From the human T2T-CHM13v2.0 reference genome, Homo sapiens: a DNA stretch of 64,000 bases. The stretch is taken from the NCBI RefSeq assembly GCF_009914755.1, contig NC_060937.1, one strand, 5' to 3'. A program made the translations under genes and the position numbers. Positions within the stretch are counted from its first letter, which is position 1. The number at the start of each line of letters is the position of its first letter. Of the stretch, positions 57,601 to 64,000 are shown piece by piece. Below the pieces are notes generated by a model that was not told where the DNA came from, searched no databases, and saw nothing but the letters and a program-made list of their open reading frames with translations.

Positions 57601-60600
57601 ATAAAATATGAAATTACATCAAATATATATTATATTAGGTACATAAAATATGAAAGTACATCAACTATAATTTATATACTGTACATAAAATACCAAAGTA
57701 CCCCAAATATATATTATATACTGTACATAAAATATCAAAGTACCAAAAGTATATAGTCTATACTGTACAAAAAATATCAAAGTACCCAAAGCATGTATTA
57801 TATACTGTACATAAATTATGAAAGTACATCAAATATATATTTTATTCTGTACATAAAATATCAAAGTACACCAAATATATACTCTATAGTGTACATAAAA
57901 TATCAAAGTACCCAAACTATACATTATATACTGTACATAAAATATGAAATTACATCAAATATATATTATAATAGGTACATAAAATATGAAAGTACATCAA
58001 ATATAAATTATATACTGTACATAAAATACCAAAGAACCCCAAATATATATTATATACTGTACATGAAATATCAAAGTTCACAAACTGTATATTATATACT
58101 GTATATAAAATATCAAAGTACCCAAGGTATATATTCTATACTGTACAAAAAATATCAAAGTACCCAAAGCATGTATTATATACTGTTCATAAAATATGAA
58201 AGTACATCAAATATATATTTTATTCTGTACATAAAATATCAAAGTACGCCAAATATATATTCTATAGTGTACATTAAATATCAAAGTATCCAAACTATAC
58301 ATTATATACTGTACATAATATATGAAATTACATCAAATATATATTATATTAGGTACATAAAATATGAAAGTACATCAAATATAGATTATATACTCTACAT
58401 AAAATACCAAAGTACCCCAAATACATATTATATACTGTACATGAAATATCAAAGTTCACAAACTATATATTATATACTGTACATAAAATATCAAAGTACC
58501 AAAAGTATATATTCTATACTGTACAAAAAATATCAAAGTACCCAAAGCATGTATTATATACTGTACATAAAATATGAATGTACATCAAATATATATTTTA
58601 TTCTGTACATAAAATATCAAAGTACACCAAATATATATTCTATAGTGTACATAAAATATCAAAGTACCCAAACTATACATTATATACTGCACATAAAATA
58701 TGAAATTACATCAAATATATATTATATTAGGTACATAAAATATGAAAGTACATCAAATATACATTATATACTCTACATAAAATACCAAAGTACCCCAAAT
58801 ACATATTATATACTGTACATGCAATATCAAAGTTCACACACTATATATTATATACTGTACATAAAATATCAAAGTACCGAAGCTATATATTCTATACTGT
58901 ACAAAAAATATCAAAGTACCCAAAGCATGTATCATATACTGTACATAAAATATGAAAGTACATCAAATATATATTTTATTCTGTACATAATATATCAAAG
59001 TACACCAAATATATATTCTATAGTGTACATAAAATATCAAAGTACCCAAACTATACATTATATCCTGTACATAAAATATGAAATTACATCAAATATATAT
59101 TATAATAGGTACATAAAATATGAAAGTACATCAAATATAAATTATATACTGTACATAAAATACCAAAGAACCCCAAATATATATTATATACTGTACATGA
59201 AATATCAAAGTTCACAAACTATATATTATATACTGTATATAAAATATCAAAGTACCCAAGGTATATATTCTATACTGTACAAAAAATATCAAAGTACCCA
59301 AAGCATGTATTATATACTGTTCATAAAATATGAAAGTACATCAAATATATATTTTATTCTGTACATAAAATATCAAAGTACACCAAATATATATTCTATA
59401 GTGTACATTAAATATCAAAGTACCCAAACTATACATTATATACTGTACATAAAATATGAAATTACATCAAATATATATTATATTAGGTACATAAAATATG
59501 AAAGTACATCAAATATAGATTATATACTGTACATAAAATACCAAAGTACCCCAAATACATATTATATACTGTACATGAAATATCAAAGTTCACAAACTAT
59601 ATATTATATACTGTACATAAAATATCAAAGTACCAAAAGTATATATTCTATACTGTACAAAAAATATCAAAGTACCCAAAGAATGTATTATATACTGTAC
59701 ATAAAATATGAAAGTACATCAAATATATATTTTATTCTGTACATAAAATATCAAAGTACACCAAATATATATTCTATAGTGTACATAAAATATCAAAGTA
59801 CCCCAAATATACATTATATACTGTACATAAAATATGATATTACATCAAATATATATTATATTAGGTACATAAAATATGAAAGTGCATCAAATATATATTA
59901 TATACTCTACATAAAATACCAAAGTACCCCAAATACATATTATATACTGTACATGCAATATCAAAGTTCACACACTATATATTATATACTGTACATAAAA
60001 TATCAAAGTACCGAAGCTATATATTCTATACTGTACAAAAAATATCAAAGTACCCAAAGCATGTATTATATACTGTACATAAAATATGAAAGTACATCAA
60101 ATATATATTTAATTCTGTACATAAAATATCAAAGTACACCAAATATATATTCTATAGTGTACATAAAATATCAAATTACCCAAACTATACATTATATACT
60201 GTACATAAAACATGAAATTACATCAAATATATATTATATTAGGTACATAAAATATGAAGGTACATCAAATATAGATTATATACTGTACATAAAATACCAA
60301 AGTACCCCAAATATATATTATATACTGTACATGAAATATCAAAGTTCACAAACTATATATTATATACTGTATATAAAATATCAAAGTACCCAAGGTATAT
60401 ATTCTATACTGTACAAAAAATATCAAAGTACCCAAAGCATGTATTATATACTGTTCATAAAATATGAAAGTACATCAAATATATATTTTATTCTGTACAT
60501 AAAATATCAAAGTACGCCAAATATATATTCTATAGTGTACATTAAATATCAAAGTATCCAAACTATACATTATATACTGTACATAAAATATGAAATTACA

Positions 60601-63600
60601 TCAAATATATATTATATTAGGTACATAAAATATGAAAGTACATCAAATATAGATTATATACTGTACATAAAATACCAAAGTACCCCAAATACATATTATA
60701 TACTGTACATGAAATATCAAAGTTCACAATCTATATATTATATACTGTACATAAAATATCAAAGTACCAAAAGTATATATTCTATACTGTACAAAAAATA
60801 TCAAAGTACCCAAAGCATGTATTATATACTGTACATAAAATATGAAAGTACATCAAATATATATTTTATTCTGTACATAAAATATCAAAGTACACCAAAT
60901 ATATATTCTATAGTGTACATAAAATATCAAAGTACCCAAAATATACATTATATACTGTACATAAAATATGATATTACATCAAATATATATTATATTAGGT
61001 ACATAAAATATGAAAGTGCATCAAATATATATTATATACTCTACATAAAATACCAAAGTACCCCAAATACATATTATATACTGTACATGCAATATCAAAG
61101 TTCACACACTATATATTATATACTGTACATAAAATATCAAAGTACCGAAGCTATATATTCTATACTGTACAAAAAATATCAAAGTACCCAAAGCATGTAT
61201 TATATACTGTACATAAAATATGAAAGTACATCAAATATATATTTAATTCTGTACATAAAATATCAAAGTACACCATATATATATTCTATAGTGTACATAA
61301 AATATCAAATTACCCAAACTATACATTATATACTGTACATAAAACATGAAATTACATCAAATATATATTATATTAGGTACATAAAATATGAAGGTACATC
61401 AAATATAGATTATATACTGTACATAAAATACCAAAGTACCGCAAATATATATTATATACTGTACATGAAATATCAAAGTTCACAAACTATATATTATATA
61501 CTGTATATAAAATATCAAAGTACCCAAGGTATATATTCTATACTGTACAAAAAATATCAAAGTACCCAAAGCATGTATTATATACTGTTCATAAAATATG
61601 AAAGTACATCAAATATATATTTTATTCTGTACATAAAATATCAAAGTACACCAAATATATATTCTATAGTGTACATTAAATATCAAAGTACCCAAACTAT
61701 ACATTATATACTATACATAAAATATGAAATTACATCAAATATATATTATATTAGGTACTTAAAATATGAAAGTACATCAAGTATAAATTATATACTGTAC
61801 ATAAAATACCAAAGTACCCCAAATATATATTATATACTGTACATGCAATATCAAAGTTCACAAACTATATATCATATACTGTACATAAAATATCAAAGTA
61901 CCGAAAGTATATATTCTATAGTGTACAAAAAATATGAAAGTACGCAAAGCATGTTTTATATACTGTACATAAAATATGAAAGTACATCAAATATATATTT
62001 TATTCTGTACATAAAACATCAAAGTACACCAAATATATATTCTATAGTGTACATAAAATATCAAAGTACCCAAACTATACATTATATACAGTACATAAAA
62101 TATGAAATTACATCAAATATATATTATAATAGGTACATAAAATATGAAAGTACATCAAATATAAATTATATACTGTACATAAAATACCAAAGAACCCCAA
62201 ATATATATTATATACTGTACATGAAATATCAAAGTTCACAAACTATATATTATATACTGTATATAAAATATCAAAGTACCCAAGGTATATATTCTATACT
62301 GTACAAAAAATATCAAAGTACCCAAAGCATGTATTATATACTGTTCATAAAATATGAAAGTACATCAAATATATATTTTATTCTGTACATAAAATATCAA
62401 AGTACACCAAATATATATTCTATAGTGTACATAAAATATCAAAGTACCCAAACTATACATTATATACTGTACATAAAACATGAAATTACATCCAATATAT
62501 ATTATGTTAGGTACATAAAATATGAAAGTACATCAAATATAAATTATATACTGTACATAAAATATCAAGGTACCTCAAATATATAGTATATACTGTACAT
62601 GAAATATCAAAGTTCACAAACTATATATTATATACTGTACATAAAATAGCAAAGTACCCAAGGTATATATTCTATACTGTACAAAAAAAAAAAGTACCCA
62701 AAACATGTATTATATACTGTACATAAAATATGAAAGTACATCAAATATATATTTTATTCTGTACATAAAATATCAAAGTACACCAAATATATATTCTATA
62801 GTGTACATAAAATATCAAAGTACCCAAACTATACATTATATACAGTACATAAAATATGAAATTACATCAAATATATATTACATTAGGTACATAAAATATG
62901 AAAGTACATCAAATATAGATTATATACTGTACATAAAATATCAAAGTACCCCAAATATATATTATATACTGTACATGAAATATCAAAGTTCACAAACTAT
63001 AAATTATATACTGTACATAAAATATCAAAGTACCGAAGGTATATATTCTATACTGTACAAAAAATATGAAAGTACCCAAAGCATGTATCATATACTGTAC
63101 ATAAAATATGAAACTACATCAAATATATATTTTATACTGTACATAAAATATCAAAGTACACTAAATATATATTCTATAGTGTACGTAAAATATCAAAGTA
63201 CCCAAACTATACATTATATACTGTACATAAAATATGAAATTACATCAAATATATATTATATTAGGTACATAAAATATGAAAGTACATCAAATATAGATTA
63301 TATACTGTACATAAAATACCAAAGTACCCCAAGTACATATTATATACTGTACATGAAATATCAAAGTTCACAAACTATATATTATATACTGTACATAAAA
63401 TATCAAAGTACCCAAGGTATATATTCTATACTGTACAAAAAATATCAAAGTACCCAACCATGTATTATCTACTGTACATGAAATATGAAAGTACATCAAA
63501 TATATATTTTATTCTGTACATAAAATATCAAAGTACACCAAATATATATTCTATATTGTACATAAAATATCAAAGTACCCAAACTATACATTATATACTG

Positions 63601-64000
63601 TACATAAAATATGAAATTACATCAAATATATATTACATTAGGTACATAAAATATGAAAGTACATCAAATATAGATTATATACTGTACATAAAATAACAAA
63701 GTACCCCAAATAAATATTTTATACTGTACATGCAATATCAAAGTTCACAAACTATATATTATATACTGTACATAATATATCAAAGTACCCAAGGTATATA
63801 TTCTATACTGTACAAAAAATATCAAAGTACCCAAAGCATGTATTATATACTGTACATAAAATATGAAAGTACATCAAATATATATTTTATACTGTACATA
63901 AAATATCAAAGTACACTAAATATATATTCTATAGTGTACATAAAATATCAAAGTACCCAAACTATACATTATATACTGTACATAAAATATGAAATTACAT
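45650..64000 (+). repeat. Satellite block 3, A-rich strand on +; 'CCAAAT' monomer-9 subtype, regular 378-bp HOR
   Basis: Resumes as GTACCCCAATTACATATTATATACTGTACATG. Monomer 9 is ACACCAAATATA (PN). I saw no CCAGAT and no 5-bp deletion units. Few indels, hence stop-free frames of several kb. Confidence 0.93.

Larger units (their letters stand above)
1..64000. repeat. Satellite array, human satellite 1A-like (HSat1A / SAR / classical satellite I); 42-bp monomer, 378-bp 9-mer HOR
   Basis: Uninterrupted tandem 42-bp units such as GTACATAAAATATCAAA+GTACCCAAACTATACATTATATACT (17+25 bp between GTAC sites). Nine distinguishable monomer types recur every 378 bp. Very AT-rich and CpG-poor. The family name comes from recalled properties of HSat1A; chromosome and species cannot be fixed from the window. 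Confidence 0.95.

Noticed and set aside
57793-62586. 1597-aa ORF (also the 1250, 842, 632 and 476 aa ORFs) as a repeat-protein gene
   Set aside because: It is the translation of the 42-bp monomer (14 codons). There is no unique N- or C-terminal domain, frameshifts and stops occur freely in homologous copies, and the ORF strand flips with satellite orientation.
62683-62693. A-tract as a retroelement poly(A) tail
   Set aside because: It is a short slippage variant of the AAAAAATATCAAA segment of monomer 7, with normal satellite on both sides.
1-64000. CRISPR-like array (conserved TACTGTACATAAAATAT core alternating with variable segments)
   Set aside because: The variable segments are homologous to each other and recur every nine units. 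There are no unique spacers, leader or cas genes.
1-64000. TATA boxes and promoters
   Set aside because: TATA-like words are unavoidable in this AT-rich monomer, and nothing singles out any copy.
1-64000. Alpha satellite/CENP-B boxes, HSat2/3, or assignment to a specific chromosome
   Set aside because: There is no 171-bp monomer, CENP-B box or CATTC repeat, and no unique flank to place the array.

Overview
The whole 64 kb window is one AT-rich tandem satellite array with no genes, transposons or unique sequence. It has a 42-bp monomer (two GTAC/RsaI sites giving 17+25 bp subunits) arranged mainly as a 9-monomer, 378-bp higher-order repeat (HOR). This matches primate/human classical satellite I (HSat1A, RepBase SAR), recognised from memory rather than by a search. 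All listed ORFs are artefacts: 42 is a multiple of 3 and one frame of the A-rich strand has no stop codon. The structure of interest is architectural. There are two strand switches (2296/2297 and about 45650-45653) around a 43.4-kb inverted block, and its breakpoints rejoin in monomer phase if the block is flipped back. A domain of about 20 kb has a rebuilt 14-mer (588-bp) HOR and 23-mer (966-bp) units with private monomers. There is also a 373-bp deletion variant, an apparently perfect 4332-bp tandem duplication and several nested duplications. I found no evidence of a new protein- or RNA-coding system. Monomer numbering used below, by translation of the A-rich strand: 1 QSTQTIH, 2 EITSNIYYIR, 3 ESTSNID, 4 QSTPNIYY, 5 QSSQTIYY, 6 QSTQGIYS, 7 QSTQSMYY, 8 ESTSNIYF, 9 QSTP(D/N)IYS.
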